Of a DNA stretch of 32,000 nucleotides, positions 18,088 through 27,483 are shown one piece after another. The first letter of the stretch is position 1, and every line of letters starts with the position of its first letter. A program made the position numbers and the translations under genes. The stretch lies in the sequence record CAXNAE020000001.1; one strand, written 5' to 3'. The notes below the pieces were generated by a model, which saw nothing but the letters and a program-made list of their open reading frames with translations, searched no databases and was not told the DNA's origin.

Positions 18088-18765
18088 TTATTTTTTCTTT
18101 TTACGTCTATCCCACCATACAAAATCTGGACCATCTCTACCTAAATGTACTTCAATTGTTTCACGCATAAAGCTATTGCTTGTGTATTTACCTAACAATG
18201 CTCTAATAAAACAAGGTATATAAATATATAACCAAAATATAAGAAATATTAAACATGGTTCTCCTTTATCCATGTCTTCAGGACAATTAGACTCTACATA
18301 AATAATAAAGATTTCATTAAGTATACTTTGCATTGTTACTAAAACTATACTATACATAAGATTATAACGTATAAATCTATCTTTCGGTATTCTATAACGT
18401 ATAAATACACCATACCCTATAAAAATATATATAGCCTGTGCAAATGGACATATTTGAAAAATGTTTAAAGATGCAGATACAAAATCTGGTAAAAAAAGAC
18501 GACAAACATAAGGATACCTTACTGAAACGAATTCTAATAATAAATGAATTGATTCCAAATAAGGATAATAGTAACATAATACTGAAAGAGTGCGTTGAAG
18601 AATTAACCCATTAAATTTAACAAACAATTTTCTTGGTTTTTTAAATTTAAGTTGTTGATCCATTATATAAACTAAAACAACAAAAAGTCCAAAAAGAGCA
18701 ACTTCACCCCAAGAAACTTGCCAGAATAAAAATTCTATTGTGTTTTGAAATTCATTTATTATCAT
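18088..18765 (-). CDS. ycf60: Tic20-like inner-envelope translocon protein (ycf60 family), divergent
   Basis: A 225-aa polytopic membrane protein. From memory of red-algal Ycf60/Tic20, the pattern R.LSVL.Y..P.LESI ... PFA.... ...R....DRFIRYN.MY.IVL matches the R..S.LPY..PL..S and FIRFNAMQAILLDI blocks. There was no database search, so family assignment is moderate. Confidence 0.6.
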   Translation of the reverse strand: MIINEFQNTIEFLFWQVSWGEVALFGLFVVLVYIMDQQLKFKKPRKLFVKFNGLILQRTLSVLCYYYPYLESIHLLLEFVSVRYPYVCRLFLPDFVSASLNIFQICPFAQAIYIFIGYGVFIRYRIPKDRFIRYNLMYSIVLVTMQSILNEIFIIYVESNCPEDMDKGEPCLIFLIFWLYIYIPCFIRALLGKYTSNSFMRETIEVHLGRDGPDFVWWDRRKKKK

Positions 18766-18779
18766 AATTTTTTATTTTT

Positions 18780-20066
18780 TTATTTTTTTATTAAAAATTG
18801 TTGAAATTGTAAAAATTCAATATTAAATTTAATCTTTGCACGATTTGTTTTCCCTCCAAAAAATATTTTTTTATAATCAAATAATAACCATAATTCCGAA
18901 AAAGATATATAACTAATTATACTACTAATAATTAAAAATAAAAAGCCAAAATAAATAAATTTAATCCCTGGGTCTGATTTAATTTGTATACCTGTAGAAG
19001 AAATAAAATCAATAAAATTTAATGTTATTAAATTATTTAACATAATATTTTCACCAACATTAATATTTTTAATAAACTTTCCATTTTTATTATAAACTGT
19101 TATTTGTCCACGATTATTTTTTATAAGAATAATAAACCCCTCTTGATTCTTTATTTTATTTGGTAACCAAGTAATCCAAATTTTTTGATTAGAATTATTT
19201 AGTTTTGACACAGGAATTTGAAAAGAATTTATATTTTTATTCATTGAATTAAAACGTAAACCCATAATTCCCCAATCTGTCTGATAGATAATTAATTCAT
19301 TGTTAATTAAAGGAGTGTTTACAGAAATAGTTTTTCGTTTTATTTCAAAACCATTACCATTTAATATTGAAATATCAGAATAAAATTGTTTAATTAATCC
19401 GTTTTGATTATATATTGACCAAAAATCGTTAATACGAAAAGTTTTTTGTGGTACAGAAGAAAAAATGCCAGTTTTTATCAGGTTTTGTATGTGAAAAATT
19501 TCCGTTTTTGGAACTAATTCCTGGGCATTGAATCCAGTAAGAGCACCAAAAGTACTACCTAATAAAATACAAATAATACTTAAATGAACAATGATCGGTC
19601 CTATTCTACTTATTAAACCTTTATAAGCATAGATTGTATTATATTGTTGAAAAAAAGAATACTGTTTTACTAATAAATTATAACCTAAATGACTTTGTAA
19701 TACTTTATTACCTTGAAATTTTAAATCTAATTTATTAAATTGAGTTGGCTGTTTATAGAAATAAAAACGACGAGAAAATTTTAAAGTTGGTAATTGTTGA
19801 AAAAAAGTACAACTAATTAATGAAAAACCAAATAAAAATAATAAACTTAAAAACCACCATGTATTATAGATATTATTTAAACCAAAAAAAAAAATAATTT
19901 GCCAGACTGGAAAGTTTATGATTAAATTTGAATAATTATTTTGATAAAATTCAATATCTTTATTTTGTTCAATTATGGAACCAACACTACTTACTATAGC
20001 AATTAATAATAAAATTATGATTGCTAATTTTAAATTTGCTAAATATTTAAAAATATTTTGAATCAT
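18780..20066 (-). CDS. ccs1: Cytochrome c biogenesis protein Ccs1 (ResB-like, ycf44)
   Basis: 428 aa. The N-terminal LANLKLAIIILLLIAIVSSVGSIIEQ helix, a large lumenal domain and a C-terminal TM helix are typical Ccs1 architecture and sequence. Confidence 0.88.
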   Translation of the reverse strand: MIQNIFKYLANLKLAIIILLLIAIVSSVGSIIEQNKDIEFYQNNYSNLIINFPVWQIIFFFGLNNIYNTWWFLSLLFLFGFSLISCTFFQQLPTLKFSRRFYFYKQPTQFNKLDLKFQGNKVLQSHLGYNLLVKQYSFFQQYNTIYAYKGLISRIGPIIVHLSIICILLGSTFGALTGFNAQELVPKTEIFHIQNLIKTGIFSSVPQKTFRINDFWSIYNQNGLIKQFYSDISILNGNGFEIKRKTISVNTPLINNELIIYQTDWGIMGLRFNSMNKNINSFQIPVSKLNNSNQKIWITWLPNKIKNQEGFIILIKNNRGQITVYNKNGKFIKNINVGENIMLNNLITLNFIDFISSTGIQIKSDPGIKFIYFGFLFLIISSIISYISFSELWLLFDYKKIFFGGKTNRAKIKFNIEFLQFQQFLIKK

Positions 20067-20105
20067 AAAATTTAAAAATTATAAAAAAAATTATTCTAAA
20101 AAAAT

Positions 20106-21587
20106 CTAAGCTATTCGAATTTTACCTGAATATGCCCATTCTTGTACAAGTTCAACACGTTCAGGATCAATTTCCATAAGTGGAATTAATTGTTTAATAG
20201 CTAATAAAATATCTTCCGTATTAAATTCTCGGTTTTCACTAAATGCATTATACATTGCTTCAATAATTGCTTGTTCAATTTCAGCCCCAGAAAAATTATT
20301 TGATTTCCGACTTAATATTTGAGTATTGTATTGGTACCAAGTATCTGGTCTCATTTTTTTTAAATGAACTTCAAAAATCATTTTGCGCTCCTCTTGGTTT
20401 GGTAAACCAATAAAAAAAATTTCATCAAATCTACCTTTTCGTAAAATTTCAACAGGTAAAGAATTAATATTATTTGCAGTTCCTATAACAAATACTGGAA
20501 TAGTTTTTTCAGATAACCAAGTAACAAAACTAGCTAATACTCGTGAAGAAGTTCCACCATCTGCATAGTGATCGGAATCTTTAAAAGCTTTATCCATTTC
20601 ATCAACCCACAAAATACAAGGTGCTAGAGATTCTACAATTTGAATCATTTTTCGTAATCGTGATTCAGATTCCCCAATAATCCCAGCAAATAATTTTCCT
20701 ACATCTAATCTTAATAAAGGTAATTTCCATTCAGAAGCGAGAGCTTTTGATATTAAACTTTTACCACTCCCTTGAACACCAATTAATAAAACTCCACGAG
20801 GGGTAGCTAAACCATAGTTAATTGCTTTTTCGGAAAAACAATTCGATCTTCGTTGTAACCATTTTTTTAAATTATCCACTCCCCCAATATCTTCTAATTT
20901 CTCGTTCACTGACCAAAACTCTAATATTTGAGTCTGATTAATAATTTGTCTTTTTTCTTCTAAAATTAAATCAATACAGTTTTCATCAATTTTTTTATAT
21001 ATAGCAATAGATTTACCTAATACACGACGGATTTTTTCTAAAGATAATCCTTGACATGATTGAATAATTTTTTCCATAAATCTTGCTCTTAATTTTTCTT
21101 GAGATTTAATTGTTGTCAGTAAATATTCGACTTCACCCCGAATTTCAGTAGCATGTGGTAAATTAAATTTAATTACTGTAATATGATCTTGAAGATCTGT
21201 TGGTATTTCAACTTCTGAATCTACAATAATTATTGTTTTAGGTTGCATTTTTAATATTTGAATAATATTCCGTAATTTTCGAGAGATTGCAATATCATTT
21301 AAAAATCTTCGAAAATCTTTTAAAATGAAAATACTTGAAGTTTGAAAATTAATTTTTTCAATTAACTCTAAAGCTTCTATTGGATTACGTTTTCCAAAAC
21401 CTTTATGAACAGGAGTATTTATTTGGTAACCTCCAATAAAATCCCATATATACAAATTTCGGATTATATTACCATTTAAAATAATTTTTCGAACGGTATA
21501 TTCTACCCTATCTTCTTCTAGAGTTGAAATATAAATAATAGGATAATGTGCTTTTAATAAAAGTATAAATTCTTGTTGAAAATTCAT
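20106..21587 (-). CDS. ycf46: AAA+ ATPase Ycf46
   Basis: 493 aa. It has Walker A GVQGSGKS, Walker B ILWVDEMDK and the N-terminal YPIIYISTLEEDR block characteristic of ycf46. Confidence 0.92.
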   Translation of the reverse strand: MNFQQEFILLLKAHYPIIYISTLEEDRVEYTVRKIILNGNIIRNLYIWDFIGGYQINTPVHKGFGKRNPIEALELIEKINFQTSSIFILKDFRRFLNDIAISRKLRNIIQILKMQPKTIIIVDSEVEIPTDLQDHITVIKFNLPHATEIRGEVEYLLTTIKSQEKLRARFMEKIIQSCQGLSLEKIRRVLGKSIAIYKKIDENCIDLILEEKRQIINQTQILEFWSVNEKLEDIGGVDNLKKWLQRRSNCFSEKAINYGLATPRGVLLIGVQGSGKSLISKALASEWKLPLLRLDVGKLFAGIIGESESRLRKMIQIVESLAPCILWVDEMDKAFKDSDHYADGGTSSRVLASFVTWLSEKTIPVFVIGTANNINSLPVEILRKGRFDEIFFIGLPNQEERKMIFEVHLKKMRPDTWYQYNTQILSRKSNNFSGAEIEQAIIEAMYNAFSENREFNTEDILLAIKQLIPLMEIDPERVELVQEWAYSGKIRIA

Positions 21588-21660
21588 AATAAAAATTTTT
21601 TGTTTAATTTAAAATAAATAATAATTTATTATTATTAACTAATGATTAAAATATCAACAA

Positions 21661-21798
21661 TTAAATACTCAATCTTTTTCTTTTTTTTTGTCGACGATTA
21701 TTAATAACTTGACGGCCTTGCTTATTTTTCATTCGAGTTCTAAATCCTGAAACAGAAATAGCTTTTTTATTTGTTCCACCTAACGTTCGTTTTGTCAT
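21661..21798 (-). CDS. rpl34: Ribosomal protein L34
   Basis: Not in the ORF track because it is too short. Hand translation from ATG 21798..21796 gives [45 protein letters not shown], with TAA at 21663..21661. This is classic L34. Confidence 0.93.
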   Translation of the reverse strand: MTKRTLGGTNKKAISVSGFRTRMKNKQGRQVINNRRQKKRKRLSI

Positions 21799-21826
21799 TT
21801 AATTAGTATTATAATATTATTATTAA

Positions 21827-21860
21827 TTTATGATTATATAATATATTATATTATCATAAA
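21827..21860 (-). terminator. A/T-only near-perfect palindrome downstream of secA
   Basis: The sequence tttatgatTatataatatattatatTatcataaa is a 34-nt palindrome with a single T:T mismatch. It lies between the secA stop (21895) and the rpl34 start (21798). Confidence 0.3.
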
Positions 21861-21894
21861 TGTTAAAAAATAGTATATAGTTATAAATTAAAAT

Positions 21895-24510
21895 TTATAA
21901 AATATTAGAGATAAAAATTTCAAAAACAATAGAATCACGACAATCTTTTAATGTTAAATTTAATAAATCTGTTGCACTTTCTTCATATTGAATAAATGGG
22001 TCTTTCTGTGCATAAGCTTCCCAACTAATAGCTTCACGTAAAAAATTCATGTTTTCTAAATGTTTATACCAATAAAAATCAATATATTTTAAAAATAAAA
22101 GTTTACTATATCTATGCATTAAACGACAATCATAAAAAGAAAATTCAAATTCTTTACGTATATAACTTGACCATAATTGTTCATATAAAAATTTTTTTAA
22201 AATTGAAAGATTACTTAAATATATATATATAACATCAGTAGAGATAGATAAACGATTTAATAATACAGAAATTTTTTTAGTCAAAACAATACTATTTTTC
22301 TGTGAATTTTGTATTTCAATATAAGAAATAAAATCATCAATTAAACCTTCACCGAATTCCATTATTAAATCTCGTAATAATGCTTTATTAAGAACTTGTT
22401 GCCTTAAATTATAAATTATTTTTCTTTGTTTATCTAATACTTGATCATATTTATTTAATGTTTTACGCTGATCGTAATAAAAACCTTCTACTTTTTGCTG
22501 TGCAGAATCTAACGTTGAAGACAAAAATTTAGAATCAAGGACTTCATTATTAATTTGTAATTTATTCATTATTGATTGAATTTTATCCCCACCAAAAATT
22601 CGAATTAATGGATCATTTAAACTTAAAAAAAATTTAGAAGTTCCTGGATTTCCTTGTCGACCAGCTCTTCCTCTTAATTGATTGTCAATTCTTCTTGATT
22701 CATGTCGTTCGGTTCCTATAACATAAAGACCACCTAATAATTGTATTTTATTACTTTCTTCTTTTTGTTTTTCTTTGAATTTTTTTAACAATTTATTATA
22801 TAAATAATAAATTAAATTTTCAAATGGAGTTAATTTTTTTTTCGAAAGTTGAATTATTGTTAAAAAACTATCTAAATTTTTTTGTAAGTATAAAATTAAT
22901 TTAGGATTTTTTTTCAAACTTCTTTTTATATTACTTAAATTTATATTTGAAATTGTAAATTTATCATTATTTAACAATTTTTGTAATATTAAACGTGTAG
23001 CTAAGCGCGCTTTAAATTCAATATTACCTCCTAATAATATATCAGTCCCACGACCTGCCATATTAGTGGCAATCGTAATAGCATTTAAACATCCTGCTTG
23101 AGCTATAATTTCCGATTCTTTTTTTACATTTTCTGGTTTTGCATTTAATAATTGATGAGGTACTTGATATGTATTTAATAAGTGGGATAATACTTCAGAA
23201 TTTTGTATATTGGTAGTACCAACTAAAACAGGCCTACCAATTTGGTACATTTTTAAACATTCTTGAGCTACAGCTTTCCATTTATTAATTTCATCTATAA
23301 AAATTAAATCAGGTTTATCTTGTCGTATCATAGGTTTATGGGTTGGTAAAACTGAAACTGATAAGTTATAAATATTTTCAAATTCTAACTCTTCAGTTTT
23401 TGCCGTTCCTGTCATACCTGATATCTTCGTGTATAAACGAAAAAAATTTTGATATGTTATTGAAGCTAATGTTTCTGTTCCTTTAAGTATGTGAATATTT
23501 TCTTTAGCTTCAATTGCTTGATGTAAACCATCCCCCCATTTTCTTCCTTCCATAATACGCCCAGTAAATTCATCAATAATAATTATAGTATTATTTTTAA
23601 TAATATAATGGATATCTAAAAAGAAAAGGTATTTTGCTTTTAAAGCATTTAAAATATAAGGAATCCAAGGATCTTGCACATCATAAATATTATTTGTATT
23701 TAATAGAATTTTAATACGATAAATTCCTAAATTAGTTAAACTAACCCTTTTCGTTTTTTCATCGATATCAAAATGTTTTTTATTTTCTAAATATTTGACT
23801 ACTTCATTTGCTTTAAAATATTTTTCAACGGATAAAGTAGATTCACGAGAAATGATCAATGGTGTTCTAGCTTCATCAATTAAAATTGAATCTACTTCAT
23901 CAATAATACAAAAATTAAATTCCTTTTGTACAACAGAATCAATATTTGTAGCCATATTATCACGTAAAAAATCAAAGACTAAGTCTACATTAGTCACATA
24001 AGTAATATCACGCGAATAATTTTTTTTTCGTTGTTGACGTTTTGAAGTAGATTGAATTAAACCAACTTTTAACCCTAAAAATCGATGAATTTGACCCATC
24101 CATTCGGCATCTCTTTTCGCTAAATAATCATTTATAGTAACAAGGTGCACACCTTTACCAACTAATGAATTAACTAATGCGGGACTAGTAGCAACTAATG
24201 TTTTACCTTCTCCAGTTTTCATTTCTGCAATTTTTCCATCGTGTAAAACTAACCCTCCTAATAATTGAACATCATAATGTCGTAAACCAATTGTTCGCTG
24301 TGCTGCTTCTCTTGTGATAGCAAAACTTTCAGCAATTATTTTTGTATTTAATTCTTTAGTTTTTAAAGCAATAGATTTTAATTTTATAATTTTTTCTCTT
24401 AATTCAATATCACTTAATATTTTCAATTCAGTTTCTAAACTATTAATAGAAATTAATAAAGATTTATACTGATTCCAAATATTTTTTTCATTCGAAAATA
24501 ATTTTAACAT
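21895..24510 (-). CDS. secA: Preprotein translocase ATPase SecA
   Basis: 871 aa. It has Walker A MKTGEGKTLVA, the DEAD-like DEVDSILIDEARTPLIIS block, and MAGRGTDI. Confidence 0.97.
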   Translation of the reverse strand: MLKLFSNEKNIWNQYKSLLISINSLETELKILSDIELREKIIKLKSIALKTKELNTKIIAESFAITREAAQRTIGLRHYDVQLLGGLVLHDGKIAEMKTGEGKTLVATSPALVNSLVGKGVHLVTINDYLAKRDAEWMGQIHRFLGLKVGLIQSTSKRQQRKKNYSRDITYVTNVDLVFDFLRDNMATNIDSVVQKEFNFCIIDEVDSILIDEARTPLIISRESTLSVEKYFKANEVVKYLENKKHFDIDEKTKRVSLTNLGIYRIKILLNTNNIYDVQDPWIPYILNALKAKYLFFLDIHYIIKNNTIIIIDEFTGRIMEGRKWGDGLHQAIEAKENIHILKGTETLASITYQNFFRLYTKISGMTGTAKTEELEFENIYNLSVSVLPTHKPMIRQDKPDLIFIDEINKWKAVAQECLKMYQIGRPVLVGTTNIQNSEVLSHLLNTYQVPHQLLNAKPENVKKESEIIAQAGCLNAITIATNMAGRGTDILLGGNIEFKARLATRLILQKLLNNDKFTISNINLSNIKRSLKKNPKLILYLQKNLDSFLTIIQLSKKKLTPFENLIYYLYNKLLKKFKEKQKEESNKIQLLGGLYVIGTERHESRRIDNQLRGRAGRQGNPGTSKFFLSLNDPLIRIFGGDKIQSIMNKLQINNEVLDSKFLSSTLDSAQQKVEGFYYDQRKTLNKYDQVLDKQRKIIYNLRQQVLNKALLRDLIMEFGEGLIDDFISYIEIQNSQKNSIVLTKKISVLLNRLSISTDVIYIYLSNLSILKKFLYEQLWSSYIRKEFEFSFYDCRLMHRYSKLLFLKYIDFYWYKHLENMNFLREAISWEAYAQKDPFIQYEESATDLLNLTLKDCRDSIVFEIFISNIL

Positions 24511-24589
24511 TGATAATTTATAAATTTTTAATTAAATAAATTTGAATAATATTTTATTATTGTAAATTAGAAAACTAAATAAAATAATG

Positions 24590-24934
24590 TTATTGATTAT
24601 TTAATTTAGAAGATAAAGGACTTGTTATTTCCAAAGTTGGTGCTTTAAATTCTCCAATAAAAACATTAGTTAATCTTAATTTTAACCAAGTAATAAAAAC
24701 TTTATTTGTGGATATAATCGCTATACAATTTTTAGGATATGTTACAGCTATGTTTTTAAAATTAGGTGAATCTAAAAATTTGGGATCAGGTACTAACCAA
24801 AAATCAACATATTTTTTTAAACGAGAATAATGTTGAATTCGTTCACGTAAAATTTCTTCTATGGGTTCATCAATTAATAGAAACTGTTGACTAGCAATCA
24901 AAAAATAATAATTTTTTACTTTACTTATACACAT
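24590..24934 (-). CDS. ycf54: Ycf54 (Mg-protoporphyrin monomethyl ester cyclase accessory factor)
   Basis: 114 aa. The pattern YYFLIASQQFLL..EPIEEILRER ... DFWLV ... AIISTNKVFITWLKLRL matches the conserved Ycf54 pattern as I recall it. Confidence 0.85.
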   Translation of the reverse strand: MCISKVKNYYFLIASQQFLLIDEPIEEILRERIQHYSRLKKYVDFWLVPDPKFLDSPNFKNIAVTYPKNCIAIISTNKVFITWLKLRLTNVFIGEFKAPTLEITSPLSSKLNNQ

Positions 24935-25025
24935 AATTTTTTTTAAATTCTAATATATATATATAGATTATAAATTTAATGATATAAATTTTTAACAAAA
25001 TTAAAATCTATTCTTTATTAAATAA

Positions 25026-25835
25026 TTAAATTAAAAATTCTGAATCTTGTATAGGCGAACTAGATTGAGCAAATTTTGACGAAATCATCCGACCAGCTAA
25101 AAAAGATTGACGACCTGCTTTCACTGCTAATTGCATAGCATTAGCCATTAATGGAGGATTATTAGCTTTTGCTATTGCTGTATTTATTAAAACTGCTTCA
25201 GCCCCTAATTCCATTGCTAATGCAGCTTCACTAGGTGAACCAATACCGGCATCTATAATTACTGGTATTTTTGCATTTTCAATAATAATTTGAATATTAT
25301 ATAAATTTTGAATACCTTGACCAGAACCGATAGGAGCACCTAGAGGCATAATCGTAGAACATCCAATATCTTCTAAATGTTTAGCTAACATCGGATCAGC
25401 ATTAATATAAGGTAATACAATAAAACCTTTACTAACTAAAAATTCTGCTGCTTTCAATGTTCCTATCGGATCAGGTAATAAATATTTAGGATCACAAATA
25501 ACTTCTAATTTAATAAAGTTATTATCAGGTTGTCCTAATTGTTTTGATAATTCTCGGCCTAAAAAAGCTAACCGAATAGCCTCTTCAGTTGTTTTTGCCC
25601 CAGCTGTATTAGGCAATAACCATAAATTATTTTGGTTAATGGAATTTATTAAATTTTTGCTTTTTGAAATAGTTAATAAATTAAATCGTCTTATAGCAAC
25701 CGTAACAATATTACTTTGACTTTGTTTTATACTAAGTGACATTTCGTTTAAATTTTTAAATTTTCCTGTCCCAATTAAAAGTCTAGAATTAAAATTTTTA
25801 TCTCCAATAACTAATAAATCTCCTTTGTTTTCCAT
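25026..25835 (-). CDS. thiG: Thiazole synthase
   Basis: 269 aa. The blocks [20 protein letters not shown] and [13 protein letters not shown] are ThiG hallmarks. Confidence 0.93.
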   Translation of the reverse strand: MENKGDLLVIGDKNFNSRLLIGTGKFKNLNEMSLSIKQSQSNIVTVAIRRFNLLTISKSKNLINSINQNNLWLLPNTAGAKTTEEAIRLAFLGRELSKQLGQPDNNFIKLEVICDPKYLLPDPIGTLKAAEFLVSKGFIVLPYINADPMLAKHLEDIGCSTIMPLGAPIGSGQGIQNLYNIQIIIENAKIPVIIDAGIGSPSEAALAMELGAEAVLINTAIAKANNPPLMANAMQLAVKAGRQSFLAGRMISSKFAQSSSPIQDSEFLI

Positions 25836-25915
25836 CCAGTATATTAATAGTGATTACAAAATATATTATATATTTAAACATTCAAATATAGAATTCGTCA
25901 AGTTTAAGTTTTAAA

Positions 25916-25987
25916 AGCGAGTGACGCGATTCGAACGCGCGACATCAACCTTGGCAAGGTTGCGCTCTACCACTGAGCTACACTCGC
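25916..25987 (-). tRNA. trnG: tRNA-Gly (anticodon GCC)
   Basis: The reverse complement is GCGAGTGTAGCTCAGTGGTAGAGCGCAACCTTGCCAAGGTTGATGTCGCGCGTTCGAATCGCGTCACTCGCT. All stems are perfect. Confidence 0.9.
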
Positions 25988-26036
25988 AAATTCACTAATA
26001 GTATACTACTATATATATATATATATTAGAAAGTTA

Positions 26037-26075
26037 TATCGTCAACTTTATTAATTTAAAATAAAGTTGACGATA
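26037..26075 (-). terminator. 3' stem-loop downstream of psbZ
   Basis: 26037..26052 (tatcgtcaactttatt) is the perfect reverse complement of 26060..26075. The stem is 16 bp with a 7-nt loop. A second small hairpin follows (aggat-tat-atcct, 26075..26087). One arm contains TTGACG on the minus strand (26045..26040), upstream of trnG. Confidence 0.5.
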
Positions 26076-26123
26076 GGATTATATCCTAATAATTGATTTT
26101 CTTTTTAACATAAAATTATTTTT

Positions 26124-26312
26124 TTATTTTGCAAAAGAATTTGAAAAAGCGATTAAAATAATTAAAGTACTCCATAATGTTGTTGATTTATAAATGTCTG
26201 TTTTTCTTAATTCCCATTGCCCTGGAATTGCTAATGAAACAGGAACAGTAACAATTAAACTTAATGATAATAAAACAAATAACCCAGTTAATACTTGTAT
26301 AACCAGTATCAT
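26124..26312 (-). CDS. psbZ: Photosystem II protein Z (ycf9)
   Basis: A 62-aa, two-helix protein: MILVIQVLTGLFVLLSLSLIVTVPVSLAIPGQW...LWSTLIILIAFSNSF. This is a typical PsbZ layout. GGAG lies 10 nt upstream. Confidence 0.9.
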   Translation of the reverse strand: MILVIQVLTGLFVLLSLSLIVTVPVSLAIPGQWELRKTDIYKSTTLWSTLIILIAFSNSFAK

Positions 26313-26356
26313 AGTTTGTTCTCCAAATTATATTTTGTCAGTTTACCCTATTACCT

Positions 26357-26391
26357 AACTTGACACATTTTTATTTTGATGTTGTCAAGTT
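26357..26391. repeat. 9-bp inverted repeat AACTTGACA-N17-TGTCAAGTT upstream of psbZ
   Basis: 26357..26365 is the reverse complement of 26383..26391. Each arm carries a TTGACA hexamer, one per strand, in the psbZ/psbK divergent spacer. Confidence 0.8.
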
Positions 26392-26574
26392 ATTGAATTT
26401 ATTAATCCTTTGAATTTAAAAATATAATTAGAAATTAAAATTATATTTTTATTCTTTTTAATTTTCTAATTTCAATATTTTCCAACTATAATATATTATA
26501 CTATATATATAACTCTATTTTATTGAATAAAAAAATTCAATACTATTGTAATTAAAAACTTAAAAAGTAAAAAT

Positions 26575-26709
26575 ATGGAAATATTATTATTAACGAAATT
26601 ACCTGCAGCTTACGCAATTTTTAGCCCGATTGTTGATATTTTGCCAATTGTTCCAGTATTATTTTTATTACTTGCTTTTGTATGGCAAGCTTCGGTAGGT
26701 TTTCGTTAA
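26575..26709 (+). CDS. psbK: Photosystem II protein K
   Basis: Not in the ORF track. Hand translation gives [44 protein letters not shown] (44 aa, TAA stop). This is near-canonical PsbK. Confidence 0.95.
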   Translation: MEILLLTKLPAAYAIFSPIVDILPIVPVLFLLLAFVWQASVGFR

Positions 26710-26817
26710 TAATAATTAATTAATTAAATTTTATTAAAAATTTAAAAAGATTCATAAAAATTTAGAAATTAGAAATTAAACTTTTAAAAACATTAAATTT
26801 TAGAATTAAATATAATT

Positions 26818-26931
26818 ATGATTGAACCTCTTCTATTTGGTATGGTACTTGGTCTAATTCCTGTAACATTAATCGGTTTATTCGCAGCTGCTTTCTTTCA
26901 ATTTCGTCGAGGTAATAAATTGGGAATATAA
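26818..26931 (+). CDS. petG: Cytochrome b6f subunit 5 (PetG)
   Basis: Not in the ORF track. Hand translation gives [37 protein letters not shown] (37 aa, TAA stop). This is canonical PetG. Confidence 0.95.
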   Translation: MIEPLLFGMVLGLIPVTLIGLFAAAFFQFRRGNKLGI

Positions 26932-26969
26932 AAAGAGAGATAAATATAATTTATATTTAGCTCTCTTTT
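26931..26969. terminator. Shared hairpin between convergent petG (+) and rps14 (-)
   Basis: 26931..26939 (aaaagagag) pairs with 26961..26969 (ctctctttt), and 26941..26949 pairs with 26951..26959. That gives 18 bp with one A:G mismatch. The hairpin starts at the last base of the petG stop codon and ends 15 nt before the rps14 stop. Confidence 0.5.
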
Positions 26970-26984
26970 TATATTCCAAATTTA

Positions 26985-27287
26985 TTACCAACTTGCTTTC
27001 CGAACTCCAGGCAAAATACAATTATGTGTCATTTCCCGAATCATATGACGACATAAACCAAAATCTCTATAAAATCCTCTACTACGACCAGTTCGCCAAC
27101 AACGATTTCTTAATCTTACTTTTGAACTATTTCGAGGTAATTTTTCAAGTTTTTTATGTATTTCCATTTGTTCATTAAAATTTTTTGCGTTTTTAAATTC
27201 AGATAAAAATATTTTTCTTTTTAAACTATATTTATTTACTAATAAATTTCTTTTTTTTTCACGCTCAATCATTGATTTTTTTGCCAT
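26985..27287 (-). CDS. rps14: Ribosomal protein S14
   Basis: 100 aa. It starts [13 protein letters not shown] and ends with the typical [42 protein letters not shown]. Confidence 0.96.
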   Translation of the reverse strand: MAKKSMIEREKKRNLLVNKYSLKRKIFLSEFKNAKNFNEQMEIHKKLEKLPRNSSKVRLRNRCWRTGRSRGFYRDFGLCRHMIREMTHNCILPGVRKASW

Positions 27288-27483
27288 ATAAATTTTCCTA
27301 ATTAAATTTTTAAAATAATTTTAGATTTTTTAGCAACTTTAAACTTAATATTATAATTTTAACTAAAGAATCTAAATATAAACATAAATATATTTATATT
27401 ATCATTATATCATATTATGGATAGGATAATTTTAAAATTATAAAGTTAGATTTTTAGCTAAATATATTTATATAATTTTTAAT

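Noticed and set aside
18392-18577. Minus-strand 61-aa ORF in another frame inside ycf60
   Set aside because: It is fully nested in the longer membrane-protein ORF. It has no start context and no recognisable sequence, so it is most likely a frame artefact of A/T-rich DNA.
26011-26026. (AT)n runs, here and at 31657..31670, 24947..24962 and 11393..11408, considered as CRISPR-like or tandem-repeat arrays
   Set aside because: These are simple dinucleotide microsatellites of 14-18 nt in A/T spacers. There is no repeat-spacer architecture and there are no cas genes.
27321-27474. Direct repeats in the dnaK-rps14 spacer (TTAGATTTTT(T)AGC twice, TAAATATATTTATAT twice) and the recurring ATTAGAAATTAAA 13-mer at 26427 and 26768
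   Set aside because: They are short and almost pure A/T. At this base composition, matches of this length within a few hundred bases are not clearly above chance.
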